From: Octopus vulgaris
Lineage: Eukaryota
Direction of reading: 5' to 3'
Assembly (NCBI GenBank): GCA_951406725.2
Contig: OX597824.1
Coordinates: forward strand, 43,586,001 to 43,650,000
DNA length: 64,000 nt
The translations under genes were made by a program, and so were the position numbers. The notes below the pieces were generated by a model. The model made no database searches. It worked only from the letters and a program-made list of their open reading frames with translations, and had not been told where the DNA came from. Each line of letters starts with the position of its first letter. Positions within the stretch are counted from its first letter, which is position 1. Below, piece after piece: positions 41,658 to 55,574 of this stretch.

Positions 41658-43583
41658 TACACACTCGCGAGCTCATATCTTTTGCTATATCGGTGGCGAC
41701 AAACTTTGTCCTGGTATGTGGTTAACCGTGAGTAAATGCTAGTTGCATTTATGCCTCGATGGGCGTTGTCCTGTTCGTTTTTGCAGGTGTTGTCCTGCGA
41801 CATTTGAAATCGAGCATAAATGCCATGGAGCCCACACCTGTTTCGGTGTGCCAGAAAAAGTCTTGAGCAATGTCCCTTTCACTAGGTGAAGTAAATGAAA
41901 ACAAAAAGTTGAAGGGTGGAAATATCCAAATGACTAACACTAGCAAAAGTAAGTAGGAAAGGCAAACCCAACGGTTTAATTAAAATTAATTGAATATATA
42001 ATGCAGCGAGAAGTAGATATGATATTTGGCAGCACCGTGGCAACTATGTTTCGTTCTTATATAATCTCATCAACTAAGCATGGGGTAAACGCTAATTTAA
42101 TAATTTTGAATTTGAAGATTATTTAATTATTTAATTCAAGCTGATTAGAATAATTAGAATGATAAAATGCTTGGAATGATAAAATTAGAGAAGCTGTTTC
42201 TCATCACACAGTTGTTACAATTGGTCATTTATGCTAAGGCAACTGGAGTAGTCGGTGCCATGAGTCTATGTATATATCAATCAATCGATCGATCTATCGA
42301 GCGACTGATTGATTTAAATCTGTTACTACTCAAGTCTTTCACTAGTGCATTGTGCTTGTTATTGTTATGGCTGTTTTGTTTTGTTTTTTTCATTCATTCC
42401 TTCTCTACTGTTGCTGCTGCTGCAGTTGTTATTGTTAGTTTCTTTTTTCGTTTATTTTATGGTTGTACTTTACTACATTTTATCCTTGCACCATTTCATT
42501 TTATTTTATTTATTTATTTATTTATTTCTTCTTGATTATTTTTCATTCCTTTGATCTTGCTCACGCCATTAATGTTTGATTTTTTTTCCTTTTTTCACTA
42601 CATTTTCTCAGTAATCATCTCCTTTCTTCTTTCTTTCTATCCACTCTTTGCTATTATTACCACTACTACTGCAACTAGTAATACTACTTTTTTTGTTTTA
42701 AACTAATCCTGTTCTACTACTTTCAGTGGCTGTTTTGTTTAGCAAACTTTGTCTTCTAATAGAAACACTTATAATTAGATCTTTACAAATACACACACGC
42801 ACACACACATACACAGGTATGTATGTGCATGTGTGTATTTGTTGTGTATACACACAAATCATAAAATATATACATACATATGCATATTTACACTAATGTA
42901 CAAATAGGCACAAAGACATATATGTAGAAATGCACGAATTCATGCACACATACATGCAACATACATATATGCATGCATGCATGAATGCTACCAACACCGT
43001 GAGCTACCAACACCGTAACGTTAAATACAGGAAGTGCTTTCATTGATAGGATACAGAATCGCAGATATATATTTTGAGAAAACATACACTCTCTCTATCT
43101 CTATCTCTCTTTAGCTCTCTGATGCTTATTATACTTGCAGTGAGCCCATTATCATTTTTTGTTGAGAAAATCTATAGGATACGCAATTATCTCACAAGGA
43201 GTTAGAAATATAAGCCAACAATATGAATGATATGAAGAAGAGTCTTGACTAGGTTACGATATTCTCAAAGAATATTGATATGGAATTTTGGCCAGAATAA
43301 ATACTCCTATCTGGTTGTAAAACTACAGGCCAGTCTAGCAACATCTCTTTTAATAGCATCAACTACACCAATATCCGACTGGATGATACAGATACTTAGG
43401 GATGAAAATATGTCCTATGGTAAAACGTGTAACCAGAGAATATAAAACCCAAATAATGAATTTAGTTCTCAGAGCTCTTTGCAAATAATTAATCAGCTGC
43501 TCACAATGTGATTGTAAAACCAGTAATTATACCAACATTTGAGTTACTCGTTTAGACGGTGGACGAGATGTGGGCTAATGATA

Positions 43584-44250
43584 TTTCAAGGTGCATTCCA
43601 TAAGTTTTTAGACTTTTTCAGGAGGGTCACATTAAATTCAAAGTATAAAGCTAATCTATTTCAAATAAGATCCTCTCGCTTCAATGCACTTGTTGTAGCA
43701 CTCCAACCAATTCGTGAAGACCCCGTGGAAGTCCTCCAAAATGAAGGTGTTCGGGACCCTTGTCACAACCTCTTTCATTCTCAAAACAACTGTTCCTCAG
43801 GTTCTCTTTCAGCTTGGGGAACAACCAAACGTCACAGGAAGCAAGTTCTAGATTGTAGGGAGGGTGACAGCAGTTTTGATGACCATCTTTGTAAGGTATT
43901 TGATTACCAGAATGGAAATGTGGACTTGTGCATTGTCTTGGTGCAGGTAACGCCGATCCGAGTAGAAAAAAATTTCTTCCTGAACTCCCTCAAAATCTCC
44001 ACAAAGTACTCTTTGTTGACCGTCAGGCCAGAGGGAACCCAGTAAATGTAGATGATGCTCTTACTATCGAAAAAGGAGATCATCATGGTCTTCCCGGTGG
44101 GCTTGCTTTGATGGGCCTTCTTGAGTCTGGAGGAGCCAGCATACTTCTATTGGGCACTCTTTCAGCACTCAAGTGCTCTTGGATTGGAGGGAATGAGTCC
44201 AGCTATTTCGTCACTGTCACCAAGCGTCTTTTCAAACTTTCTGGAAAGCA
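43584..44250 (-). mobile_element. Mariner 3' half (catalytic domain remnant)
   Basis: MMISFFDSKSIIYIYWVPSGLTVNKEYFVEILREFRKK (ORF 43904..44086) and HPPYNLELASCDVWLFPKLK (YSPDLAP-like). Confidence 0.88.
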
Positions 44251-45014
44251 CCTTACATATATGGCCGAAAACTATTAACGACAATAACAATAATATTAAC
44301 TGCTTCAACCTTTAAAAACAAAAAGAGGAAGAGGTTTAATATCGCATCATATCCCTTCGACAGTATTTACTGACCACTAAGCGTCAAATGCATCTTTACG
44401 CAAATAACCTTGGTGAGTGCTGGAAGACAGCTTGTCACGAAGTATTTTCCTCACTGGTAATAAGGGATACACATCCACGTTGCCCTTACACAGCTTTGTT
44501 GCAAAAGAACATCTAATCAAAGACTTTCTGCAAATCAATATTTCATGTGCATCTATGAAGTTAGAAAACTACTGAGTGGCAGTAATAAATAATTTGAGTT
44601 GTCTCTCTTAAAAAATACCTAACACATTAGTGCTTAGGTAGTCAATTGCAATTGACAGGGTCGTTAGAGCATCGAATAGATAGTTTTGTGTTATGTTCCA
44701 ACTCGCTTTGCACTGAGTTCAAATAACCTCAACTTCGCCTATCATTCTTTTGGGATCGATAAATATAACAACAGCACTTTATAGACTAGAGTCCATTCCT
44801 TTTCCTGTTTTCTTACTCTCGTTTTCTATCTGCTTCTTTCCTTCTGGAAGAGATTGACTGATGAGAGGTGGGCTCAGCCAGGTTTAAAATGCCATGACAC
44901 CAATATGTCTTGATGACATGCCTATGACTTTTTCAAGGAGTTAAAAGCCCATGGTATGATATAGTATGGCATATTGGCTCCTACTTTGAAGGCTATGTTT
45001 TCCACTCCAGAAAA

Positions 45015-45295
45015 GTAATAGATATCAATTCTCCAGTAGACACAGTATTTAAAATAAATGAAAAAAGGAAACATCTATGTCGAACTAATCAGAATTCTGA
45101 AAATATTACACCTATATCATAACTTTAGATTTCTACCAATGTTGCTCAGAGCACTTATTTATGTAAATGCTTCAGCACAGTCTTAAGAAGCTAGGCTTCA
45201 CAGAAACAGAAAGTGCACTTACAATGAAAAATTATGATTGCAAGCTATGAATGGAACGGCGAAAATATGTAACATTTTCCAGACATTTAAGCCAA
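45015..45295 (+). pseudogene. C-terminal remnant of a restriction-like-endonuclease non-LTR retrotransposon (R4/Dong/NeSL-like)
   Basis: Frameshifted reading DINSPVDT...KGNIYVELIRILKIL...FLP...RAL...LKKLGFTE...LQAMNGTAKICNIF; recognised from memory of family motifs only. Confidence 0.5.
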
Positions 45296-45725
45296 TTGAA
45301 GATACATATATACACTTATAGACATGCAAAGACACGTATATGTACACATACACGAGTCAAAACATACAGAATCATACATGCAATAAAATAAAAACCAATG
45401 AAGTGGTGTGTTCGATTTAATGGATTTATCAAAAGTCTGTGGCTGTATGCCCATGTTTGATATTATAGCACCGAAAGCTGGTTCTTTGGTTTCGCTTCTG
45501 CTACATTCCAGGAAATAACGTCTTTTTTATTTATTCCACCCAGCCCCGCCCAGGATTTCCATTAAGTGTAGCTGTTTTTCTGAGAGTCTCCGCTCGTTTT
45601 TAATGTTTTTAAATAACTTCTAATTTTTGTATTTCTCAAATTTTAGAGGAATCCCCACCCCCACATTTCACAACTGTATTAGACTTCATCTATATAAAGG
45701 GATAAAAACGAAGTTTTGTTTTTGT

Positions 45726-45773
<48 letters not shown>

Positions 45774-45900
45774 AACAACAGAAGCAGTCGGGGATGTTTT
45801 GTTTGAGTTCCTGGATTATGAGACGCCAAGAGCAAGGACTAATAAACGTTAAATTTGCAAAATTTTTTTGTCACTCAGTATCACAACTTTTTTCAAGACA

Positions 45901-45970
<70 letters not shown>

Positions 45971-46279
45971 CTATTCCTCCTTCCCTCTTTTTCGCAACTT
46001 ATTATTTCATGAGTAGGGCTATCGGTTGCCGTTGAGTGATAGTACGTGTTAGACAAGTAACGTCAGAGATGTAAATTCCATAGTCAGCCGAACCATTTTA
46101 TTTCACATGGTAAATAGGGACAGGCTGCGCCAGACAGACATGTTCGTGGTAATCCAACATAAAATGTTGGATTACCACGAAGTCTTCAGTGGTATTCCAA
46201 CATTTCATTATTGTTTACAAGAAGGGAAAATAAATTGCTGTAGAGATGTTAATCAAAATTCATAAACTTTGTAGATCAT

Positions 46280-48800
46280 GGTGCACAACAAGAGGCACAA
46301 CCGCCTTCCATATTATCTTCTTCCTTGTTTCCGTCTTATGATGTAACTCGACAACTTCGTAGTTCTTCTGTGCATGAACATATTTGCGACAGTAAGAGTA
46401 TCATAGCGTTGTGTTACAACCAACACCATTTTCTACATTTTGATAACTGATAGAAAAGTTCCATGACACGCATTTTTCCGAATTATTTATTTCGATAAAA
46501 TCTCTCTTAAGTTCGATGTTCTGTACATACTCTCTAAAACATTTTGTTTTAAAGGCATCATCTTTTTCTCGCTTTCAGTATCCAATGTCATGGTTCACAT
46601 CCATAAAATGCAGTTGGAATTTTGCCAAAGCAACTGTAGCTGCTGCAATCCGGCATTTTACTTGTCTTTGATCTCATTTTTCGTTATTGCTCTTTCCAAA
46701 TATTTTAATTCATCTTCTTTGAGGGGATTTCACTGCTACTTTAATTGAACAGACAATTTTTTAGTTATTGTACATCATTTCCGTTTTTTGACACTTATTT
46801 CCATTACAAATTTTGTATCAACACGTTGTTAGATCTATTACTTCTTCATTTTGTCAATATCATAAGCAATTCGAAGACACTGACAATTCTATCTCCTACG
46901 AGGGTCGGATGAAAACTTCATAGACTACATTCCCTACTTATTTTTTATACTTTCATAGAGTGTTTCCAAATGAGGTTTATTTTTTCTGTGAGCTGGCAGA
47001 ATCATTACCACGACGGGCAAATTGCTTGGTGGCATTTTGTCCGTCTTTACGTTCTACGTTCAAATTCGCCGAGGTCGACTTGCTAGATGATAGTTAGATG
47101 TAATACAGAAGTTCATCAACTAGTTCAAAGACACAGTCACGCACTGCAGCCATTGAAATAAAGGATTTGCATACTGGAGTATTGTCCTGATGAAACAATA
47201 CCCCTTTCGTCAGTTTTTCTAGGCGTTTGCTCTTGATAGCTTTTTGTAATTGCATCAGGAAGTTGGCATAGCACTCTCCATTGATGATGTGGTCTTTTGA
47301 AGATAGTCAGAAAGCACAATGCCTTTTGCATCCCCCCAAAAAACCGATACCGTCACCTTCCGTGCAGATTAAGTGATCTTGGCCTTCTTTGGAGCAGGTA
47401 AGGAAGGGTGTTTCCACTGCATAGATTATCTCTTTGTCTTTGGTTCAAAGTGATGAACCTAATACTCATCCTGGCTTAGGAAATGTTCAATAAAACCAGC
47501 TGAATCTACCTCAAATAATATCAGATTTTTCCGTGATGTGATCAGCCCGGTGTGCTCTTGATCAGGTATCAGAAGATATGGCATCCAATGAGCAGAAACC
47601 TTCGTCATGCCAAGTTCATTGTGCAGAGTATTCTCAACTCTCTCTTGGCATATGCTGATAGCATTGGCTATTTGATTTATAGTCAGTTGCCTCTCATTCA
47701 TATCCATGAGGTGAATGCACTCAATGTTTTCCTCAGTGGTGATCGCTGCAGGACGTCGATACCTCGGGTCATCTTCAAGACTCCATTCCCCTCCTAAATT
47801 CAGCTGTCCACTTTTTCACAGTTGATAAAGCTGTAGCACCATCCCCTAATGTAGCAAGCATGTCGGCATGAATGTCCTTGGAAGCTAAACCTTTTTTTCT
47901 GCAGGTACTTGATAACACCACGTTGCTAAATTTTTTCCAATTTCATGAGAGGTCGCTACTAATTACTTCTGAAGTCTTCTTTTAACAGTCAGATATCAGT
48001 TTACTTGGAAAGAAACAATAGAGTTATTAATAAGAAAAACTGAAATTTATGCATGCAAAATTTCACAACTCTAGCATCACTCCTTCATAGTCAGCCTAAG
48101 GATTTTTCAGTCCACTCTCATACTTTAATAATTCTTTCAAAATATTCAAGGCGTTTCTTCAAAGCGCAATCTTGAAAACATTGAAAAGGCTATGTAAAAA
48201 AAAGACATTGTTGTATGATACCAACTGTTGGTTGGTGAGTTTCTAACAAAAATCAGACACCTAACATGTTAATATAACGATATATTTACCAAAAGTATGC
48301 TAGTGTTATACTTTCTCATGATTCATAATTTAGGCACAAAGCCAGCAATTTAAAGGAGAGAAATCCAGTAGTTACATCGATTCCAGTACTACACCAGTAT
48401 TCATTTTATCCTTCCCGGTGAGATGAAAGGTAAAGCTATATTTTCTCACAATAAACCATCGTTCTTCGTGCCACAAATGGTCAAAAGCCTTTTTAAAACG
48501 AATAAAATTGTAGTAAAAGTTTATCTGCTTTTCCAAATATTTTTCTGCTAGAATATTACAAACTTACTCATCAGTGCTTTACTCCTTGATAACCATACTG
48601 TGTTTCACTGTCATTTGATATTTTATTTCATTCGAACGAGTAAAACATTGAAAAAATTTGAAGACAATACTTCCTATCCGTTTAAACTCAATGAAAAACT
48701 TGAACATTATTTCCTATCATCAGGATCGAGCAAATAAATATTACTAATCTAATTGACATCCATAGGAGACTTACCGTACATGCCATAATATATGACAGCT
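46280..48800 (-). pseudogene. Decayed RTE-clade LINE RT interrupted by a mariner
   Basis: YYNFIRFKKAFDHLWHE (about 48460-48520), TVGIIQQCL..SLFNVF (about 48175-48235), LRIAYDID (FADD-like, about 46850-46876), LKYLERAIT and KCRIAAATVALAK. Confidence 0.75.
46899..48120 (-). mobile_element. Decayed mariner with TA target duplication and internal SINE fragment (about 46988-47080)
   Basis: TA-cgagggtcggatgaaaacttcatag ... cctaaggatttttcagtccactctca-TA; ORF 47459..47707 LGMTKVSAHWMPYLL...FLSQDE. Confidence 0.88.
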
Positions 48801-49531
48801 TTTCACTTTTAACAAAAATCGCCCTCAAATATAAATTTGAAAATTAACATTCTATAGAGGAAATGTAAAGTCCATCTCTGCAGGATTTTAGCACAGAACG
48901 CAGATTGGGTGCAACTAAATGTTGTAATATTTATGTACTATGCTATTATAAATATATTCACTCTTCACAAGATATTGGGTACTATGGATTTTGTTTATGA
49001 ACTCCTTACAAATTATGATACTAGCAATATGCGTGAAGATTCCAAGGTTATTTTGATGACTATAATAATGCTGAAAGTTGTTTCAGTGCCATGACATACA
49101 TATTTTCAAATTTTTCCTGGTGCCTTTGATTCTGTAGATAGTGTAAAATCCAAAATGATAGTACAGTATGTGTAGCCATGGTAGAGAACGGCTTTGAAAA
49201 CTACAGTCTTTGTTATACACTTCTCTTTTCTAGAAAGCACTCTAGAACGAGTTACATAAAATTGATCACAATTAAAACTACTGAAATTGTGTAGAAATAA
49301 CGAAAATATCTAATATTTTAAACAAACTTAACAATGGAATTAGGACACAATCCATCTGTAACATTATCCTTCTACAGTACAACGTTGGTAACACAAAAAT
49401 ACCGTAATACGCAGCACTATATTTTCTTACTCAGAGAAAAGTGCAGATGGCTGGACTTGAACCCACAGTCCCACACCACAGAACTGAAGATTAAAAGAAA
49501 ATAAACCAAACAAATGTGTGTGTGTGTATCT

Positions 49532-49663
<132 letters not shown>

Positions 49664-49913
49664 ATAGATGTCCTGCAAACAACTTGCACATGCAAGTGCT
49701 ACCAGTTGAGAACTCCGCATACCGGAAGCCAGCATGTGTATGATGTCATCAAGTGAGAATGCGCTTGTTTGTCTGTTTGTTACCAATGCACTCAAAAACC
49801 AGTTAACCAATCATGTTCAAACTTGGTAAGAAAGGTCCTTAGACTCAGCTGTAGGTTGTCCTCAAATTTGGACCTATATTCTTTTGAGACAAGAGATAGT
49901 CCTCATTCAACGA

Positions 49914-50731
49914 AAATTTGGCGGACGTCAGCGACAGGTGGCGCACATAAGTTGGAATTTTTCTGATTTTTCAGATTTTATGTATTTTTTTTTTTTTTTC
50001 ACAGTGACCTCGGAAATAATCTGGAGCAAAAAGTTTTTTCGGAAATGTTTTTACCCCTTCCCTTCCCAATCTTCCCCTCTCCAAACCGAATTTGGTCGAT
50101 TTTGTGGACACTACGCACGATGATTTTGGGGGGGAACTATGCACTTAAAAACTATAGTAGAAGCCTTTACGGTAGAAAAAAAAGTAAACATTTTCAGACG
50201 AAAAGATGTGATTAAAGGAAGATTTGGCTGTTGTTTCTAGCATATCCCATGATCACCTTCTTCGTTTCTTTGTCACTCTGACAAATATTAATATTTTTCA
50301 ATATTTTCCCCCATTAATAGCATAAACTTATTTATACTATTAAAAAACATTTTTGAGAGTTTATGATTTTTATTAACCCTAAACCTTACTGGTCATGGGA
50401 TATGCTAGAAACAACAGCCACATCTCACTTTAATCACGCATCTTTCCATCTGAAATATTTTTTTTTTTTACCGAAAAGGCTTCTCATATAATTTTTGGGT
50501 ACGTACTGCCCCTTCCCACCCAATCATCGTGCGTAGTATCCAAAATATAGACCAAAATCGGTCTGGAGAGGGGGAGAGTGGGGGTTATAAAAAACAATTT
50601 TTCGAAAAAAATCACTTGTTGAAAAGATGCTCCAGGTTATTTCCAAGGGCTCCGTGAAGTGAAAATAAAAATCTCAAAAATCCCCGTCCAATTTATGTGA
50701 GCCACCTATCGCTGACGTCCGCCGAAAATTT
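49914..50731. repeat. About 340-bp inverted repeat pair with 135-bp spacer
   Basis: ggcggacgtcagcgacaggtggc vs gccacctatcgctgacgtccgcc; ggctgttgtttctagcatatcccatga vs tcatgggatatgctagaaacaacagcc. Confidence 0.88.
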
Positions 50732-51089
50732 GACTCGACTATTAGTTTTGGTTATTTCCGAAAAATAAATGGACGTTAATGCAGTAGGTGTGTGACATGC
50801 TGTTGCTAGTGTGTTAGGAGGTTATTCACCCCTTTCTCTCTTGTTAATTGACTTACTGTGAAGGGACGGGAAATACCTTCTACATGGTCAGCGGCATAGC
50901 TACACATAGCAGCGAAATGACATCAGAGATACTCACTCTCTCTCTCTCTCTCCCTCTCTCTCTCTCTCTCTCCCTCTCTCTCTCTCTCCCTCCCTCTCTC
51001 TCAAATATATATATATTTATATCTATATATATATATATATATATATATATTTACACACTGGTGAAATCAGAGAAAGAACCTGTTAACAA

Positions 51090-51731
51090 AGTCTTTTCAA
51101 ATCTCAGTGCACAACATAGATATTACAGATGTGAAAGGGCAATTCTGGTCCCGAAAAATGTATTAGTGAACGCAATAAACTTTGATCTCTTAATGTGCCT
51201 TCCTGGAAATTGCCAGTCATACAGATATAATGACACTACTGTTGACCAATCAAAATTAGTAAATTATCCAGTTCAGTTTTTAAACTCACCGGAACTACCA
51301 ATGTTACCTCCTCATAAACATGACTTGAAACTTGGAGTACCTACAATGCTTCCACGAAATTTAGATCCTCCAAAATTGTGCAGTGGAGTAAGACTTATTG
51401 TGAAGAAAACGATGTCATATATTATAGAAGCTACTGTTCTCTCTGAATATGGAGCAGGCGAGAATTTATTTAGTACTAAGACTCCATTAAACCTACTGAT
51501 TTAACAGTACTATTTGAAAGAGTACAAGTTTCCATTTAGACTAAGTTTTGCCATGTCCATCAACAAATGACAAGGACAGACATTATCAATAACTAGTTTG
51601 CAATTAGGAGACTTGCTTCTCTCATGGACAATTGTATGTTGAATGTTCACGTTTTGGTAGTTCAAAAAATCTTTTCATTTGTATTCTACTGGGAAAACTC
51701 ATAATATTATATATAAAGAAGTTTTATCCTA
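51090..51731 (+). pseudogene. Helitron PIF1-like helicase C-terminal pseudogene
   Basis: ERAILVPKN, YPVQFLNS..LPPHKHDLKLGVPTMLPRNLDPPKLCSGVRL, then FPFRLSFAMSINK*QGQTL and SHGQLYVECSR after frameshifts. Confidence 0.92.
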
Positions 51732-52347
51732 GCTTCCTTTTGTGTTTTCTATTTCAAGTATATTATTGATGTTGATCTCACAGCATTTCTTATGCCAGTA
51801 ATGTTAGAATTACTAATCACAATAATTATTAAGTAAAAAACTCGTATATCAAATTTTTTAACGCAACTTTAACCCGGGCAGCGCCGGGTACTTCTGCCAG
51901 TGTATATATTGTTATAGATAGATATACAAACGTACGTGTGTGGGCGTAGGACGTATGTTCATATGCATATATGTCACACTTTAAAATATTTATTTAACAT
52001 TTAAATGTAATATAAATATTTTGTCAGTTTATCTTCGATTTTCGATCCGTAGTTTATTAATCGTCAAACAAATATGTTTTGTATCGAGTAGTTGTTTTCG
52101 TTTCCGTTCCATAGTCATGATGGTGTTTGTTTAAGGTGTTACATACGTAAACCGTAGCAAAATATTATAGATTATAATATATATATATATGTATACCTGT
52201 GGGCGTATATAGATAGGTAAAGAAACATAAAACTAACAAAATGAGGATTTATACACAACGAAATACTGTCATACGTTGAAATTATAATGAATTGCTGCAT
52301 TATACTCAATACACCGCATGTTGGTAGTATATTTAACTCACCTATTT

Positions 52348-52405
<58 letters not shown>

Positions 52406-52429
52406 GTCATCTCTCTTTCTTTCTTTCTT

Positions 52430-52480
<51 letters not shown>

Positions 52481-54746
52481 CGTGCATGTTAAGGCATACA
52501 TTTTTGGCCTTAACTCACTCGTTTCTCCTTCCCTCATTGCTCTTGATGAATTTTATCTTCACCAGCATTCTACGCTAACCACCACATACAGTTCTATCTC
52601 AACAATCATGCCATCCCAGTGGAATCCCCTCTTTGTATTTGTCCTATCTATTCGTCGAGTTGCAATGATTTAAGCGAAACGTTAATGACATCAGTCATCA
52701 TTCTCGCCGGTCTCTGGACTTGTCATAATTATGGGTACTGTTCATTTCTCCAAACCTAAAGAAATAGAATTGCATAGTGTGCATCCGTTTTTGTTCGAAT
52801 GCATTTACTTGCATTGTGCATACGCAGGTATATATATATATATATATAGGCATTACTAGAAAAGTTTTTCATTGCAAGCTTCACTTTCCTCTTCTGCAGA
52901 TCGTCATACAAATATTTGGGCTTTATTTATTTTTAAGCATCACACTAGATCAATGACAAAATAAGATCCAACCAGTTAAAGAGCACTTAATTTTCTTTTA
53001 ACTGCCATGTATTGCTCACAATGTTGAGGTGCAAGCTTTAAATGTTTAGGCAATGTGGTTGATTGCTTTCTCCTGTGTCCACCCATTTTAAAATATCAGC
53101 CCCACTTGATGTTTCTTACCAAACGTCTTGAATTGTAGTATATCCAACAGCGGCGTTGATCAAAAATCATCTACTACAAATGTGTTGTAAGAGAAAGAAC
53201 TGCTTTGATAGAGCAAAACAATTGTTTCATTCATATGGGTGTAAAAAGGGAAATGCTAATGGAAAAGGGTTAAGGACTGGGGTGGGATTAAGTATCGTGT
53301 GATTACAGTAATTTGAAAGATTACCAGGTTCATGAGCACTTTATGCCTTACAACTATGACTTACGTCACTTCACACTCTACTCATACGTCGTTGTGTTGA
53401 CATACAACATATATAGCTACAGTCATTGCTATCACGTTTATATGATTATTGTTGTACTTGGTTATTCGTGATGGAGTAGTGGTTGTTATTGTACTGGTTA
53501 TGGTGTTAGTGATGTTGGTAATAGTGGAGTATTGTACGTGGTGGCGGTGTTCGTATTATTCTTGTTAATTAATTGTATTATTGATGTTCTTTAGTTTCAA
53601 CGCAATCCTCATTGACCTAAGATTAAGATTTCATTCAACTTTTTAGATACATTAGGGTACCGCATTATCTCATGGCACGTCCTTTATTTTAGACAGTGTT
53701 GCTTATCTTGTTGCAGTTGTTGGTCATTAAGGAATTGGTGGGTTGTATTGGTTTTGGCGTTATTGGTGGTTGTGTTGGTATTGATGACAATTAGTGGTAG
53801 TGGTCAACATTTAGATAAATAGACAGACAGACAGGTTCTTTGTGATCCAAGAAACTATACACAAACATACACATATATGAATGTACGTAGATGTAATTAT
53901 ATTTATGCATCGTGATTAAAGCTTTTCAGATTAGTAACTATATTTTTGATCGTAGTTAAAACACCAAGAAGCAGTCTTTTGGCAAAAATAAAATGTAGTT
54001 TTTAAACTGGTAAATTTATCCGTGCTTCCATAAGAAGAAAATTATAGACCGTATACTTTATAGACATCATACTTAAGACATCATACAATTATAGACAACA
54101 TACTTAATATATTTCCGTAAGCACGAAACACCGTATGCTAAAAGGTTGTTCGAGTGTGTTGAGAAGTCACTGCATTGCAATACATTATGTGGTGTTTTCT
54201 TTTTGGGTTTTTTTTTATTTTTACAGAGCGCTTATCATTTAAGGATTAATGTACACACACATACACGCCCACACGCAGATACACACACACTCATTCACAA
54301 GTACGCATGCAATTTTTTCCGCCAACCCCTCAAATACACCCGAGCATGATATTATACTTCACCATCGGTACCCTATATTACACTGAGATCGTTCAACCTA
54401 GATGTCTGAAACAGCAGATACTACTCATGTCACCCTTCGTATATCTTAACAGGAAATATTAATTTAATGGAGCAGACTGTAGCAAATTAGGGGTAGACAG
54501 CACCTGTAAAAAATTAACGGATTTAATGTCTATAATTGTCATCTTGGCCGAGAGCTAAATAACTATATCGACTACATTTATCAATCTCAATATATCTCAT
54601 ATATCTTTCTTCCATAAAGTTACGTCAATACAAACACAATACCACCTGGTACGACAACAACCTGCAAACCAACGAGAAAAACTCATCAGGCAGCAAGAAC
54701 TACAACATAGCTTAAATAACTAACCCCCTCTCTCAATTAACTAACT

Positions 54747-54811
<65 letters not shown>

Positions 54812-54864
54812 ATTATATATATATATTTATATATATATTTTTATATATACATACGTAAAGTATA

Positions 54865-55051
54865 CTAGCCATCTCAATATGGCTAACCACTAAGGGTGGG
54901 TGTTACTGTAGCTTTTAGCCCCAGGAGATCATCGTCTCCAGCTGGCTTTAGGCACACTTTCTCTGCCCTTATGGTATTTTCAAAGGGAGGTCACCCCTCT
55001 CTCGCAAGCCTAAGTGATACGCACGGACTGCAGTTTCGAGGCATTTGCCTC

Positions 55052-55053
<2 letters not shown>
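54865..55053 (-). mobile_element. Short repeat between (TA)n tracts carrying a truncated hammerhead half-motif
   Basis: Minus strand at-gaggca(aa)tgcctc-GAAAC-tgca-GTC at 55026-55053. Confidence 0.5.
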
Positions 55054-55118
<65 letters not shown>

Positions 55119-55440
55119 TATATATATATATTGATTTGTTCTGCTTTTTTATGTTTAACCCTACAGTCTCTTATGTGGTGGTTTACTAAAGTATGTGATT
55201 GAGTATTTTCTGGTAATTGATATTTGATTTAGATGTATTTCTCCATTTTCTTATCTTGTATTAGTAATTTGTGGTAAATCATTTTACCTTTGCCCATATA
55301 ATACAGTAAATGAATTGATTGCATTGCAATCCTTAACATTTATGTATTAACTTTGTTGGGTACTTCACTAGCAGTATATTGGATATATGTTATCCCATGG
55401 AGGGTTGCATTTACAACCCCTATCTCAATTTGTATATATA

Positions 55441-55506
<66 letters not shown>

Positions 55507-55574
55507 ATGTATGTATGTATGTATGTTTATGAATTTCTGTTGCAAGATTCCCGTTATGAAACTGTGTGTTGAAA

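Larger units (their letters stand above)
49750..51900 (+). mobile_element. Decayed Helitron-derived element
   Basis: 3' hairpin acccgggcagcgccgggt followed by ctgCCAG|T (CTAG-like) and a PIF1 helicase remnant; the 5' boundary is uncertain. Confidence 0.65.

Noticed and set aside
50848-51504. 218-aa ORF as a host PIF1 helicase gene
   Set aside because: The N-terminus is microsatellite, downstream motifs have frameshifts and a stop, and a Helitron 3' hairpin follows.
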